Assembly: GCF_036321535.1 (NCBI RefSeq)
Contig: NC_087437.1
Span: 7,626,001 to 7,690,000, forward strand
Source: Camelus dromedarius
Lineage: Eukaryota
Direction of reading: 5' to 3'
DNA: 64,000 nt
The notes beneath the pieces were generated by a model. It saw only the letters and a list, made by a program, of their open reading frames with translations. It did not search any database and was not told the DNA's origin. A program made the position numbers and the translations under genes. Shown piece by piece: positions 29,596 to 41,796 of the stretch (positions within the stretch are counted from its first letter, which is position 1; each line of letters starts with the position of its first letter).

Positions 29596-30281
29596 TAATG
29601 ATATTTCACATAAATACAGTCTATTATTGAAGATCCCCGAATGACTTGGATGATGGCCTTGTTTTAGCCGTTAGCAGCATAAACTACCTGCAAATTTAGC
29701 CTTAGAATTAGGATTATTCAATGTCAGTATATTAACTGAGCTAAATACATGTTAAAATAAAGTGTATTACTGTTATATTGTGGTCATTCTTAAAATATAT
29801 TACATATGATGGTTGTTAATATACTAACAGATGAGCTTCTGTGCAGAGTTAGTTTTCTAAACGTTATGCCTTTAAGAACCACATCTCAGCGTCAGTCATT
29901 AAGGACAGAGATCTGAGTGTTCGCTGGCAGAAAAAGAAGTTAATTTAAGGGTAATCAGCATAGGGATTTTCTCTTCCAGGTCCGTGACCACAAAGCCTTT
30001 CTCACTACTCTTTAATTCTAGAGACAAAATTAAGAGACACGTGGTGTCTCAGGGTGGGAGTAAATTTACCTGGACTGGGGAAATATTAAGTGTTTTCTTG
30101 TGGCTGCAGTTTTGTGACTCTCTTCTAAATGAAAAAGTATCTGGGGGTGGGTGTGTTTTCTGCGGTGCTTGAGTCCTGTGTAGGAATAGGTATCATTATC
30201 CTGTGGGCTGTGGTAGAGGGGGTGAGTCCAGGAGGCGTTATGTTGAGGAAATGCTAGATCAAAAATAAGAACAGAGGTGGT

Positions 30282-30373
30282 GGGGGAGGAGTAGAGCTCA
30301 GTGGTAGAGCACATAGTTAGCATGCACAAGGTCCTGGGTTCAATCCCCAGTACCTCCATCAAAAAAAAAAAAA
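30282..30373 (+). mobile_element. tRNA-derived SINE (camelid Vic-1-like, short form)
   Basis: GGGGGAGGAGTAGAGCTCAGTGGTAGAGCACATAGTTAGCATGCACAAGGTCCTGGGTTCAATCCCCAGTACCTCC plus poly-A. Diverged TSD AAAAATAAGAACA / AAAAATGAGGACA. Confidence 0.9.
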
Positions 30374-30635
30374 TGAGGACAAACTATCATTTTCCATTTT
30401 CTAAAATTCTCTTTCTTTCATAGTTTCCTGTGTAGTAACACAGCCCCCAGAGTTTTAGCCGAACACGTGCTGCCAAGCTGAAGAATCTATTCCCCAGCCT
30501 TCTTCGCAGTTAGGTTGGGCATGTGGCTAAGTTCTGGCCAATGATACGTTAGAGGGAGTTATTTCTGCCACTTCTGGGTCAAACCCATAAAAAATGAATT
30601 GTTTGCCCTCCGGTTTCTCTTCTCCTTTCCCATGG

Positions 30636-30995
30636 TGTTGTAGACTGAACTGTGGCCCTTCAAATTTTATCTACTGAAACCCTAACCCCCAATGTGACTG
30701 TATTTGGAGATAGAGCCTTAAAAGAGCTAATTAAGGTTAAATGAGGTCATAAAGATGGGGCCTTAATCCAATATGACTGGTGACCTAGTATGAAGAGGAA
30801 GAGACACCAGGGATACTTGTACATAAAGGAAAGGTCGTAGGGAAATACAGCGAGAAGATAGCAGCCTACAAGCCAGGGAGAGAGGCCTCACCTTGATCTT
30901 CAACTTCCAGCCTCCAGAATTGTAAGAGAATAAATTCCTGTCATTTCCTGCCCAGTTTGTGGTATTTTGTTATGACAGCCCCAGTAAACTCATAG
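30636..30995 (+). mobile_element. MaLR LTR (MLT1B-like) nested in an older MLT1 LTR (~30420-31210)
   Basis: CCCTAACCCCCAATGTGACTGTATTTGGAGATAG...CTTCCAGCCTCCAGAATTGTAAGAGAATAAATT...GGTATTTTGTTATGACAGCCC. The upstream flank has GCTAAGTTCTGGCCAATG. Confidence 0.8.
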
Positions 30996-32719
30996 GTGTG
31001 GGTCAGAATGTAAAGGTGAGGCTGGAAAGCCAGCTTCAACCATTTGTCAAGGACAGTACTGCAGAGGAATGCAGAGCAACAATAGGTAGGGAGCCTGGGT
31101 GTTGTTTAGGTCCACCTTTCCCATCTTAGCCAAAGGCACAGCCAGTTCTACCTTGTTTGAATCACTATATTTTTAGGTCTTTTTGTGACAACATTTAAAC
31201 TGTACCCTAATTCAAGGTCCTCAGCATCAGCACTATGAACATTTTGGGCCTGTAATTCTTTGTTGTGGCGGTTGTCCTAGGCATTGTAGATAACGAGCAG
31301 CACCTCTGGCCTCTGTCTCTTGCATTTAGTCGTTAGCATTAGGGCCATTTTCAGGCAGAGCTATAGGAGCCTGAACATGGGAACTTTGTCCCCTTTTGAA
31401 AGTTATTTGTCCTTGGAGGACATTCCTTGATGATGTGGATTTTGGATACACAGTAGTCATGAAGTATTGGAGAGCACTCCTCTGGGGAGAACAGGGTATC
31501 CCAATTTGGCACCAGGAACACAGTTCAGACCATAGTGTCCCTCCCAGTGTCAGTAGATAAAGCCTACGTAGCCAATATGATAAAACAAAAGGATTCTGGC
31601 TCTATCTAATTATACTGCAATCACTACAAAGAAGGCCTGAGATGAAAGGAAATAGAGACGATCACAGAGAATGCTGACTGTGACAAAATGTAGAATGTGG
31701 CAGTGATAAAACTGCCACCCGGGGAGCAAAGGGAGAGGCTTTGTCTGAAATATCCGCTGACTGTGGACTTGTCCTTCTTAAGACAGGCACCTTGTACAGG
31801 CCTCTCCAAATCCATTTGTGTTTCTTCCTTTTTAAGCCTTCTCAAAATATTGCAAAGTGGCACCTCTGAGAAAGGTTTATTTTGGCCAAGGAGGAGACGT
31901 TAGGTGGCAAGGCCTATGGAGGGAGACTTTGGAGGCCAGATAAGTAGAAATGGGGAGCAGAAGGTGGGAGTGAGCCCCCCAAAGACTTTCCTGAGCCCAA
32001 TTTTTTATAAAGATGCCTGCAACTTTGGACCCCTTTGGATGGAAATCATTAAAGGCACCAAGAAAGAATAAGGTTTTTCAAAGTTAAGCAGTAATTAAGA
32101 AGACAACTAGTTTCACTGATAAGCAGACTTTGCAGACTTTTCTTGGTCTAAAGTAGAGACTTAGTAAGAGTTTTTACTTGTATGTTCAGGAGTTGGCAGT
32201 TCTCATTTTTATCCTGTCTCTAGAGGTTGTCCACGTTCTACTTATGTGTCAGAACTAGTATCATTAAGATGCCTTTTCAGAAAGCTGTCCCCTCTGCTTC
32301 TGTTGATCTACAAAAGGCATTAACCATGGTGGTTCCGGACACATTTGTTTGGCTGCCCTCACCAAGGATAACCATTTTATCAATTTGGTGTTTATCCTGT
32401 CATGGTTTTTTTCCCTAGTTTAAGCAATTCTTCCATCTGTGTGGTTCCCGCCTTTTCTTACACACAGCATGCTTTGCACACTGCTCTAGACCTTGTAGAA
32501 CAGCATGTACTGGGTGGCCGTCGCCCATTCTTTCTCACAGCTGCTTCATACTATATCACGTGGCTCCATCACAGTCAACTCGGTAACCCCCTACCAATGG
32601 ACACGTGTCTTCCCTCTAGAATGCGACCTGTTTTCTTTGCTATTTTTGTCTCTCGTAAGTACTACTGTTGTTACTCAGAAAGTTTTGTTATTTTTTTAAA
32701 GTTATCTTCTACGTGAGAT

Positions 32720-34074
32720 TTTTTTTTACATGTTTTTACTGAGTTTTAGTCAGTTTACAATGTTGTGTCAAATTCCAGTGTAGAGCACAATTTTTCAGTT
32801 ATACATGCACATACATATATTCATTGTCACATTCTTTTTCACCGTGAGCTACCAAAAGATCTTGTATATATTTCCCTGTGCTATACAGTATAATCTTGTT
32901 TATCTATGCTGCATATGCTTGTCAGTATTTACAAATTTTGAAATCCCAGTCTGTCCTTTCCCACCCCCTGCCCCCTTGGCAACCACAAGTTTGTATTCTA
33001 TGTCTGTGAGTCTGTTAATGTTTTGTATTTATGTTCTTTTTTTTTTTAGATTCCACATATGAGCGATCTCATATGGTATTTTTCTTTCTCTTTCTGGCTT
33101 ACTTCACTTAGAATGACATTCTCCAGGGACATCTATGTTGCTGCAAATTGCATTATTTTGTCGTTTTTTACAGCTGAATAGTATTCCATGTATAAATATA
33201 CCATTTCTTCTTTATCCACTCATCTGCTGTTGGACATTTAGGATGTTTCCATGCCTTGGCTATTGTAAATAATGCTGCTATGAACATTGGGGTGCAGGTG
33301 TCATTTTGAGGTAGGGTTCCTTCTGGATATATGCCCAGGAGCAGGATTCCTGGGTCATATGGTAAGTCTATTCCTAGTCTTTTGAGGAATCTCCATACTA
33401 TTTTCCACAGTGGCTGCACCAAACTACATTCCCACCAGCAGTGTAGGAGGGTTCCCTTTTCTCCACAGCCTCTCCAGCATTTGTTATTTGTGAATTTTTG
33501 AATGATGGCCATTCTGACTGGTGTGAGATGAAAATTAGATTTGGTAGATATTTTCAGAGCATTACACCCCCCAAAAATAGGATATACATTCTTTTCAAGT
33601 GCACATGGAACATTTTCTAGGATTGATCATGTACTTGGGCACAAAAGAAGCCTCAACAATTCTAAGAAGATAGGAATTATCTCAAGCATCTTTACTGACT
33701 GCAATGCCATGAAACTAGAAATCAGCTACAGAGAAACAAAGGAGAAAAAAAGGAAAGCATGGAGATTAAACAATATGCTATTAAAAAAGCCAATGGGCCA
33801 ATGAAATCAAAATTGAAATTAAAAAATACCTTGAGATAAATGAAAATGAAAACACAACCACACAAAATTTATGGGACGCAGCAAAGGCAGTGCTAAGAGG
33901 GAAGTTTATAGCGATACAGGCCTTCCTCAAAAAAAGAGAATAATCTCAAATAAACAATCTAACCCATCAGCTAAAATAATTAGGAAAAGAAGAGCAAAAA
34001 GCCCAAAAGTCAGCAGAAGGAAGGAAATAATAAAGATCAAGGAGGAAATAAGTAAAATACAGATTAAAAAACAA
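32720..34074 (-). mobile_element. Young L1 with 5' inversion: 3' end on - (32720-33530), EN fragment on + (33531-34074)
   Basis: Minus-strand peptide [27 protein letters not shown]. Plus-strand peptide YTFFSSAHGTFSRIDHVLGHK. Abrupt junction GTGTGAGATG|AAAATTAGAT. Confidence 0.85.
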
Positions 34075-34104
34075 GAGATGTTTGTTTATATTATATAATC
34101 CCAC

Positions 34105-34818
34105 TTTTTTTTTCATTGAAGTACAGTCAATTGCAATGTGTCAGTTTCTGGTGTACAGCACAATGTCTCAGTCATACATATACATATATATATTTGTTTT
34201 CATTTTTTTTCATTAAAGGTTATTACAATACATTGAACATAGTCCCCTGTGCTATACAGAAGAAACTTCTTTTAATCTATTTTTTTATATAGTGGCTAAC
34301 ATTTGTGAATCTCAAACTCCCAAATTTATCCCTTCCCATCCCCTTTCCCCAGTAACCATAAGATTGTTTACTAAGTCTGCAAGTATGAAGATTCCTCAAA
34401 AAACTAAAAATAGACTTACCTTGTGATCCAGCAATCCCACTTTTGGGTATATACCCAGAGGGAAGTCTAATGTGAAAAGATACATGCATCCCATTGTTCA
34501 TAGCAGCCCTATTTACATTAACCAAGACAGGGAACCAACCTAAATGTCCATCAACAGATGACTGGATAAAGAAGTTGTGAGATATTTATACAATGAAATA
34601 CTACTCTGCCATAAAAATGAATACAATAATGCCATTTGCAGGAACATGGATGGACCTAGAGATCATCATTCTGAATGAAGTAAGCCAGAAAGAGACAGAA
34701 AAAACACCATGTGATAGCACTCATATGTGGAATCTAAAAAAAAAAAAGGGGGCACTATTAACTCATCTGCTCATCTGCAAAACAGAAACAGACTAGCAGA
34801 CATAGTAAACAATCTTAT
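34105..34818 (-). mobile_element. L1 with 5' inversion (twin priming): 34105-34380 on -, 34381-34818 on +
   Basis: TSD TTATATAATCCCACTTTTT (from 34091) / TTATATAATCCCCTTTTT (34815-34832). A 23-bp inverted duplication marks the inversion point. Confidence 0.92.
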
Positions 34819-35087
34819 ATAATCCCCTTTTTGATGATTTTGGTCTTCATTTCCTGTCATAAGCAGTGTTCTTCTTAGCTAGGAGATACTTCTCCTTCCT
34901 TTTCCCTTCCATGAGCTAATTTAATGTCTTTTCAGTATCAGTTCATATCTATAAGACAGTCAGCAAGCATGGTCTGCTTTCCTGAGTGTCTCCCTGAGTT
35001 CCTCTCTCACGTCTTCCAGAGTTATGTTTACATTGTCAGAGCAGACAATTCACGTATTTTGTCACTCTTATCCTCCTTCGTTTAACC

Positions 35088-35446
35088 TTTTTTTATTGAA
35101 GTATACTCAGTTTACAATGTTTTATCAATTTCTGGTGTATAGCATAATTCTTCAGTCATACATGAACATACATATATTTGTTTTCATATTCTTTTTCACC
35201 ATAGGTTACTACAAGATTTTGAATATGATTCCCTGTGCTATATAGTATAAACTTGTTGTTATCTATTTTATGTATATATCTGTTAGTATCTGCAAATCCT
35301 GAACTCCCAATTTATCCCTTCCCACCCCCTTTCCCCACTGGTAACTGTAAGTTTGTTTTCTATGTCTGTGAGTCTGTTTCTGTTTTGTAAATAAGTTCAT
35401 TTGGCTTTTCTTTTTTTTTTTTTAGATTCCACATATAAGTGATATT
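35088..35446 (-). mobile_element. 5'-truncated L1 3'UTR
   Basis: Same 3'UTR family as the 9156, 22350 and 32720 copies. Confidence 0.85.
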
Positions 35447-35775
35447 TCATCTTAATGCTACAGTGAAATATGCTTAGTGATCGCCATATATTCCATCCTA
35501 AAGCTTCTCCAATCATGTCTTGGTTGTCAAAGCTTGTTCCCTGAAGCATCCCAGGAAGAGCTCATGGGATCTTTTTCCCTGAGCGTTTGCATGTTAATAA
35601 CCATGTAACTGTGGGCTTTATAACTGCACATCAATTTAGCTGAAAATCAAACCTTTGATTCTTATTTTCTTTACTTTCATATCTCAGTTGTGTTATTCTC
35701 TTGTGTACTGACATAGAGTATTGTTTTACCCTAGAAGTGCTGTTCATTAAGTGATGTTGTGTTTTGTCCAGGATG

Positions 35776-35909
35776 TTTGGTGAACTTATTTTATTTCATA
35801 TTTCATTTCATTTCTTTATTTCATTTTATTTCACTCCAGTATTTTGGTGAATTTATTTTATTTCATTTTTCATTTCATTTCTTTATTTCATTTTATTTCA
35901 CTCCCGCAT
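35776..35909. repeat. 67-bp tandem duplication (2 copies) built on (TTTCA/TTTTA)n
   Basis: TTTGGTGAA...CACTCC starts at 35776 and again at 35843. Confidence 0.9.
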
Positions 35910-35934
35910 TTTTACTGGAATATATCTTGGCATA

Positions 35935-36140
35935 GACCTGGGTCAGCAAAGTTTTTCTTTGTAAATATTATATATTCTACAGACACTGCAGTCTATGTTG
36001 CAAGTACCCATCTCTCTTATAGTGTGAAAGCAACCCTAGAAAATATGTAAGTGAAAAGCTGTGACTGTCTTCAAATAAATCTTTTATTTATAAAAACAGA
36101 AGATGGGCTAGATTTGGCCTGCAGGCCACAGTTTACTGAT
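35935..36140. mobile_element. hAT-Charlie MITE (MER58-like)
   Basis: CCTGGGTCAGCAAAG...TTTATTTATAAAAACAG...GATTTGGCCTGCAGGCCACAGTTTACTGA. Confidence 0.7.
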
Positions 36141-36527
36141 ATAGAGAGGGGTCAAATTTTCCATCTGATATATGGCATACCCTGTAGTATTTATGTTTAA
36201 GTCCCTTTTACTTGGCAAATTTTTTCTTGACTTTTAATCATCATTGTTCTGTTCTATCGCTTTGAGTGTCCTCTTTACAAGCACCTATTACATGTATGTT
36301 GGGTCTTCTTTGCTTGTTTTTCTTATACCTATCACTTTCTCTTTTTCATTTCTTTTCTTTTTTCTCTTTCAATTTTTCACCTTGTGCAATTTATTTCCTT
36401 TCCTTTACTTTTGTGGTATCTATTCACACTTGAATTTCTTCTCTGTAAGTATTGAGTTCTTTATCTTTCATTTATATTTGCTCCTGAGCTCAGTTAGCTT
36501 ATATTATTTCTATCATTCTTTTGCCTA

Positions 36528-36920
36528 ATATCTTACTTAGAGCTGCCATCACAAAGTACCATAGACTGGGTGACTTAAACAACAGAAATTTGTTTTTCCT
36601 TACAATTCTGAGGGCTAGAGGCCCCAAATCAAGGTGTTGGCAGGATTGGTTTCTTTGAAGCCTCACTCCTTGGCTTGTAAATGGCTGTCTTCTTCTCTCT
36701 GTGTCTTCAAGTGGTCCTCCCTTTGTGTCTCTTTGTCCTAATCTCCTCTTTGTAGAAGGACACCGGTCATATTAGATTAGGTGGCCCACCCCTATGACTT
36801 CATTTTAAGTTAATAACCTCTTTAAGGACCCCCATCTCCAAAAACAGTCACATTCTGAACTAATAGGGGTTGGGGCTTCAGCATATGAATTTGAAGGGAT
36901 ATAATTCATCACCTAACACC
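36528..36920 (-). mobile_element. MaLR MLT1 LTR
   Basis: GCTGCCATCACAAAGTACCATAGACTGGGTGACTTAAACAACAGAAATT...CAGTCACATTCTGA. Confidence 0.85.
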
Positions 36921-38302
36921 TGGTCATATTATTTCTGAATCTTTCTAAATCAAGTGTACTATGTATGCTGTTGTTTTGGAGTTTGTAAATGTTTCTTAAT
37001 TACTTTTTACTTATTCTGAAATATTTGGGCTTTGTGTGCTTCTGAAATATTTGAGGTGTGTCTTTATATTCTATCTCTATACTCAGATAGTTTTTCTCTT
37101 TTTTGTGTGTATATATATGTATTTTTTTATTGAAGTATAATCAATTTACACTATTGTGTCAATTTCCAGAGAGATGTTCTCTTTATCTTCTCTGTCATCC
37201 TTTTCAGTTGTCATGTTTGAATAAGATGCATTTTTCTCAACTTTAAGAATATTGGAAATAGAGGTGTGCTGGGAGAACTTACCTAAATCTATGGTTGCTT
37301 TTGTCATTACCAAAAGGTGCTTTTTTGGGTTTTTTTTGTTTGTTTGTTTGTTTGTTTTTTAATTCCTTCTCCATATAGCTATGCTTTGCTGCTTTTTGAG
37401 TTAGGTCTCCTCTCTTTGCAAGGGCCTCTTTCACACTGGTATTTGAAACATTTCCTTTCTTTACCTTGATTTTCCTGCTTTGACCAAGCAGGGCTCTGGT
37501 TCCAGCAGTTTCTCCTCAGTATAGTTCTATACCTCAGTGAGCGCTATATTTCCAATAAAGAATTTCTGTTGAATTTTCTGAGTGCATTGGAGGCTCAGGC
37601 AACCCCAGTACCATCCTGTCTTTCTGTAACTTATTTCACTCACCTTCAAACTAGGGACTGTGGAACTCTCTGCTGGTTTTAATTGTTTTCAGGTCTGTGT
37701 GTGGAATTGTCTACTTGCAGAGAATTTCTTCTTTGGGGAGTAGATACCTGTTGACAGATTATGAGGTCCCAAGCTCCTAGGGCTATTAGAAGCCTACTTT
37801 CCTGCCTTTTTTTTTCCTCTGCAGCTGCTGTTCCTTCAAGGATCTAGCCTCTTAGTTGGTACTTCTCATCATCCTGTATTCTCAGGTTTGTGGGGACACA
37901 TTGTCATCTAGTTTTGTTGACACTGTATTTTTGAGATTTCTAATTTTGCTATCTTCATTACTTAAATTTTGTAAAATGTTTGGGAATATTTCAAAAACAA
38001 AGTCTTCATTGCCACTGCTATATTTTAAATAATCTCTTTAGACAAAGTATAATGGCACTAGATATATAAACCCAATTTTTTGTGTCTCTTCCTTCTTTTT
38101 CTCTAAGTTGCCATTTGCATGGATGGGTGATGCAGAGTTTATCTAAACTCATGGCATAGTGGTAGAAAGGGTCCCCCTAGTGCCTTATGTACTCACTGAT
38201 TCATGCCTGGACCATCTGTCTGATGCTCCCTTCACTAGCATGTACAGCTGAGTTTTGTGGCTGGTGGTGCTCCTTAAATGACTGCACCTCCTCTTAGCTC
38301 TT

Positions 38303-38586
38303 TTTTTCTAGAGTGTTTATTTTTATTTATTTTTGATTGAAGTATAGTTGATTTACAATGTTGTGTTAGTTTCTGGTGTACAGATAGTGATTCAGTTATA
38401 TATAAACATATATATATTCCTTTTCATGTTCTTTTTCATTATAGGCTATTACAAGGTATTGAATATAGTTCTCTGTGCTATACAGTAGGCCCTTGTTGTT
38501 TATCTGTTTTATATGTAGTATTAATTTCTGCAAATCTCGAAATCCCAATTTATTTTGTTGATTTACCCCAATAAATTGGGAGGTCA
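38303..38586 (-). mobile_element. Short L1 3'UTR insertion with TSD and micro-inverted 5' end
   Basis: TSD TCTTAGCTCTT at 38292-38302 and 38587-38597. Confidence 0.85.
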
Positions 38587-38934
38587 TCTTAGCTCTTGAA
38601 ACCACTGTAGATCTCTCCTAATTTTTGCCTCCTCTTTCATCATTATGCCACTAGTCAAGGCATTCACTCTTGTCTTCCACCTTCTGTATTGCTAGTCTTG
38701 GGAGGAGGATGGCTACCTTAAGTGAGCACTCCTGTCCTTCACATGTAGAAGCAGAGGACATCTCTTCATACACTTCAGCACCGTTTATGCCATCACATTT
38801 CCTCAAAAGTGGGCAGCCACCTTCACGGTGATAAAGAGGTAGCTTGACAAGCAGTTTCTCTCAAGACTCTCAAAGAGAAGGTCAAAGGTCTCTTCTGCTT
38901 TCAATGTCTCCAGAAACTATCAAAACACTATTGG

Positions 38935-39070
38935 ATATAAGATAAGTTCCCAGAATGTATTGAGCAACATGGGAAATAGAGCCCGTATTTTGTGACAACT
39001 GTAAATGGAAGGTAGCCTTTAAATTTTTATTAAAAACATGAAGTAAAAGAAGGAAAAAAATAAAAATAGA
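38935..39070 (+). mobile_element. Short L1 3' end fragment
   Basis: Similar to the 3'UTR at 14465-14560 (GTAAATGGA...CCTTTAAA), with an A-rich tail. Confidence 0.6.
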
Positions 39071-39476
39071 ATAACCCAAAAGGAAAAAAGCCAAACAGCT
39101 TCTCCCTGCTTCAAAGCTGTGAAACCTCACAGCGACGAGATTGTCTCCGCTTCCTCTACTCTTTCTCACAACCCCTCAGGCTGAGAATGGACAAGCTGGA
39201 CAACATGTCATACCATATTTGCCTCCTTCCTAACTCTGGCTTCATGGTTAAATGCTAATGGTAGAAAATTGGATCATCTCTGGAAGACCATCCTTTTTGG
39301 ATCTACAAACCCCAACCTTTGTATGCTCATCTTAGCATATCTTCTCTACTGAAAGCTTATCTTTCAAGCCCATTTTTATTTTAAACAGATTCAACAGGAA
39401 GAGAAATGCTGCAAGATAACAAAGATTTAAGAAGAAAATCAAAACGTGTAGTTAATTTTGCAAACATATTATCCTA

Positions 39477-39930
39477 ATATACTGGTTTGCTAGGGCTGTT
39501 GTACAACATACCACACACTGAGTGGCTTAAACAACAGAAATTGATTGTATCACTGTTCTGGAGGCTAGAAGTCTGAGAGCAAGAAGTCAGTTGGGTGGGT
39601 TTCTCCTGAGGGTTGAGAGGAAGAATCAGTTCCATGCCTCTTCCCTAGCTTCTGATGGTTTTCTGGCAATCCTTGATGTTCCTTGGTTTGTAGAAGCATC
39701 ACCCAAATCTCTGCCTTGATCTTCAGATGCTGTTCTCCCTGAATGAGTATCTGTGTCCAGATTTCCCCATTTTATAAAGACACCAGTGTTATTGGATTCG
39801 TGCTCACCCTAGTGGCCTCAAGTTACTTCCATAAAGACTCTGTCTCCAAATCAGGTTACATTCTGGGGTACTGGGGGTTAGGACTTTAACGTATCTTTTT
39901 GGGAGGGCCAAAATTCAACCTATAACAACA
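39477..39930 (-). mobile_element. MaLR MLT1 (C/D-like) LTR
   Basis: GGCTTAAACAACAGAAATT...GTTCTGGAGGCTAGAAGTCTGAGA...CTGGGGGTTAGGACTT...AATTCAACCTATAACA. Confidence 0.85.
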
Positions 39931-40216
39931 CCTGGTTACATTCACATTAAACAGATTACAATTTAAATCACCCACCCAAGATTGTAAATAAAGAAGCCAG
40001 GATATATAAAAATCTTCTGACTGTAAGGATCTTACTCTTAAAGCATTGATTTTCTGTGAAAGTGGGGATGGTACCACTTCCTAGGAGCATTCTGCAAATC
40101 TCTGGGGGTGTTTGACTCCAAATTAGGGGTGCTTTTGCCATTTAATGGCAGGAGTCAGGGGGGCTAAATATACTGTAATATATAGGAGAGTCTTAGAATT
40201 GAGCAATTTGTCCAGT

Positions 40217-40315
40217 GCTTTGCTTTGCTTTGCTTTGCTTTGCTTTGCTTTGCTTTGCTTTCCTTTCTTTTTCTTTCCTTCCTTCCTTCCTTCCTTCCTT
40301 CCTTCCTTCCTTCCT
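40217..40315. repeat. Compound microsatellite (GCTTT)n-(CCTT)n, probably the decayed tail of the adjacent minus-strand L1 3' end (40320-40520)
   Basis: Directly visible repeats, followed by TTTATTGAAGTATAACTGA. Confidence 0.9.
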
Positions 40316-41796
40316 AGCCTTATTGAAGTATAACTGATATATAAAACATTTCACACATTTAACGTATATACCTTGATGAGTTTGGATATAACATAAAACC
40401 ACCGCCACAGTCAAGGTACTAAACATATCCATCACCTCTAAAAAGGTCCTGTGTTCTTTGTGGGTTTTTCTTTGTTTGATTTTTGTGAAAAAAACACTTA
40501 ACACGAGATCTATCCTCTTAACATTATGTTAAGTAAAATAAGCCACTTATGGAAGGACAAATACAATGGCAATTGACAAGGGTTGAGCTGAGGGGGAAAT
40601 GGAGAATTGATGCTCAACGGATGTAAAGTTTCAGTTATGCAAGATGAGTACGTTGTAGCGATCTGCTGAACAGCATGGTACCAATGGTTAACAATACAGC
40701 ATTGTGCACTGCATGACTTCCTAATGCCCTATCGGTCTTTCCAGGAAGTAGAACACTGGTTTCTAATTACCTGAGCTTAGAATTTAACACACACTGTTGT
40801 TTGAAAGGCTTTAATTTCCCACTGAATTTCCAAGAGTAAAACCATAGTGTAACGAGAGAAGATTGAACTTTATCTTGTTTAGAGCTTCACCATTTCAGAA
40901 AATCTTGTCACTGACTCACAATTCTTGTCACAGATGCAACACATCTGCATGGGCTTTGCAGTCGGAGCTACTGCCTTCGCGTGATTCTGCACATTGGTCC
41001 AATTATCCAACTGCTCTATTATATCTTCTGTTGTAGTCAGTCACACCTGAGCATCTCATGTGGACATGCACTTAATTTTATCAGGCACAACTTCGCTTTT
41101 ACTTTTGTTATATTACTGTTAATAATATAGGATGTCATTTTCTGAAAATAATGTACATTAACAGTAGGCAAGTTTTATTGGTTCAATTCTTCAGTTTTAA
41201 AAAGAAAAAAGGGAAATATAAGAGTTTGTTACAAAAGGGAATCTTGAGTCTGATAGGGTTGTGGATAACTCTCTTAACTCACAGACTCATTCCCATGTCA
41301 CCTTTAAGATTTGTCATTTATTTCCATGTACCTACGAGTTATTGCTTGCTCATTGATGGTTTTCTTTAAGTTGACACTTTTATTTTTTTCTCAAATTGCA
41401 AGCAAAGGAAAACTAAATCACCACCCCTAATGGAAAACTGGGATCACTAACCTCAAACAGAAGGTAGCCATGAATAAATCCACAGTGAAAACAGTTATTA
41501 AGCATTTGAAATTAACAAAAAGTACGCCATGAAATCTAAGTAATAATAAATCTAATTGATTATATTTCGCCAAGCAGCACATATGTTATTTTATTTTGAT
41601 TTTTCTAATAACACTTCAAGGTAAATATGAATTATCTCATATTTACAGGTGAGGAAACAGTGATGCAGAGAAATGAATACCTTGTCATTGTCCCGATAGT
41701 TCTCTCTCATTCATGTATTTGCTCACTGATGCAATTCACATTTCTTTACTTAATTTTCTCATGATATGGTAAAATGTCTAGAAAAATTAATACCGA

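Noticed and set aside
30282..30360. tRNA gene (also at ~26760)
   Set aside because: The A/B boxes are followed by poly-A or AT tails and flanked by TSDs, and the cloverleaf is degenerate. These are tRNA-derived SINEs.
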